A stretch of DNA of 64,000 nt from Cirrosporium novae-zelandiae (taxonomy: Eukaryota), in NCBI GenBank assembly GCA_026023565.1, contig JAPETS010000002.1:806001-870000 (forward strand), written 5' to 3'. The translations under genes and the position numbers were made by a program. Positions 63,345 through 64,000 of this stretch are shown here, in pieces. The notes below the pieces were generated by a model. That model saw nothing but the letters and a program-made list of their open reading frames with translations. It was not told the DNA's origin and did no database searches. The stretch's first letter is position 1, and each line of letters begins with the position of its first letter.

Positions 63345-64000
63345 ATCAAGATGTCTACCTACCTCACTCACTCCCAATTAATCACCCACAACCCACACAA
63401 CCCACACAACCCACATGGACGAATCATCATCATACATTATCCTATCCTCCATTGACCTTATCCAGTACAGTAAATGCGAGTAAGCCCGTTCCCATTACCA
63501 GGGGACTGTAGTGGTGGTGGTGGTGGTTCGGTTTGGTTTGATTTTATTTTGTTGAGGGTCGAGGGGAACTGTTATGTTTCTTGCTTGGTCTAGATAAGTT
63601 GGTCTTGAAAAAGCTGGTGTAGAGGAAAAAATAAGTAGGAAGTAGGGAATTTTGGGATTAGTGTATGTTAGGTGTTAGGTGTTAGGTTAATGGTTAATGG
63701 TTAATCTTCTTGTGAGGTCCCTTTTGTAGCTGGGTAAGCTAGGTATTTGATTGCCTTTTTTTTTGAGGTAATTGTGTGTTGGAGAGGGGGATAAATCAAT
63801 ATGGATAAAATTGTTAAAGGTTGTCAAGATGGGCGTAACGCAACGCAGAAGTCATAGTGGTGGTGGTGGTGGTGCTTCGGAAGAGAATAATGGGAATTCC
63901 AGTACTGAGTCAATTGAAATAAGTTAAAGGTCAAGGATGAAGAAGAAGAAGACCGTAATTGGATCAATAATGGGAAAGAAACCTTTGCTTCTTTCGTTTC

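Noticed and set aside
63278..63511. Poly-Cys ORF
   Set aside because: Translation of the (TTG)n microsatellite.

Overview
Gene-dense eukaryotic DNA from a filamentous ascomycete (Pezizomycotina-type). This assignment rests on short GT-AG introns with CTRAC/CTAAY branch points and on fungal gene families. I can build 18 protein-coding genes by hand, in order: MPG1/PSA1 (3' end), a WBP2/GRAM-like gene, QCR6, an FLVCR/SLC49-like MFS transporter, a Uds1-domain coiled-coil protein, a 75-aa three-exon Cys-rich microprotein, glycerol kinase, a DUF3429/TMEM69-like protein, VPS13, a four-finger C2H2 transcription factor, ERG27, a Dsc2/UBAC2-like protein, KRE6/SKN1, a NuiA-like protein, RPL3, SSN6/CYC8 (Q43 tract), a hypothetical membrane protein and RRP12. 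I found no tRNA, rRNA, transposon or CRISPR array. The most striking unexplained signal is the 374-nt second intron of the WBP2-like gene (1485-1858). It is closed by a perfect 13-bp long-range stem and holds many nested helices plus one or two pseudoknots, and I cannot match it to a known RNA class. All family assignments come from recalled motifs and hand folding; no searches or folding programs were run.
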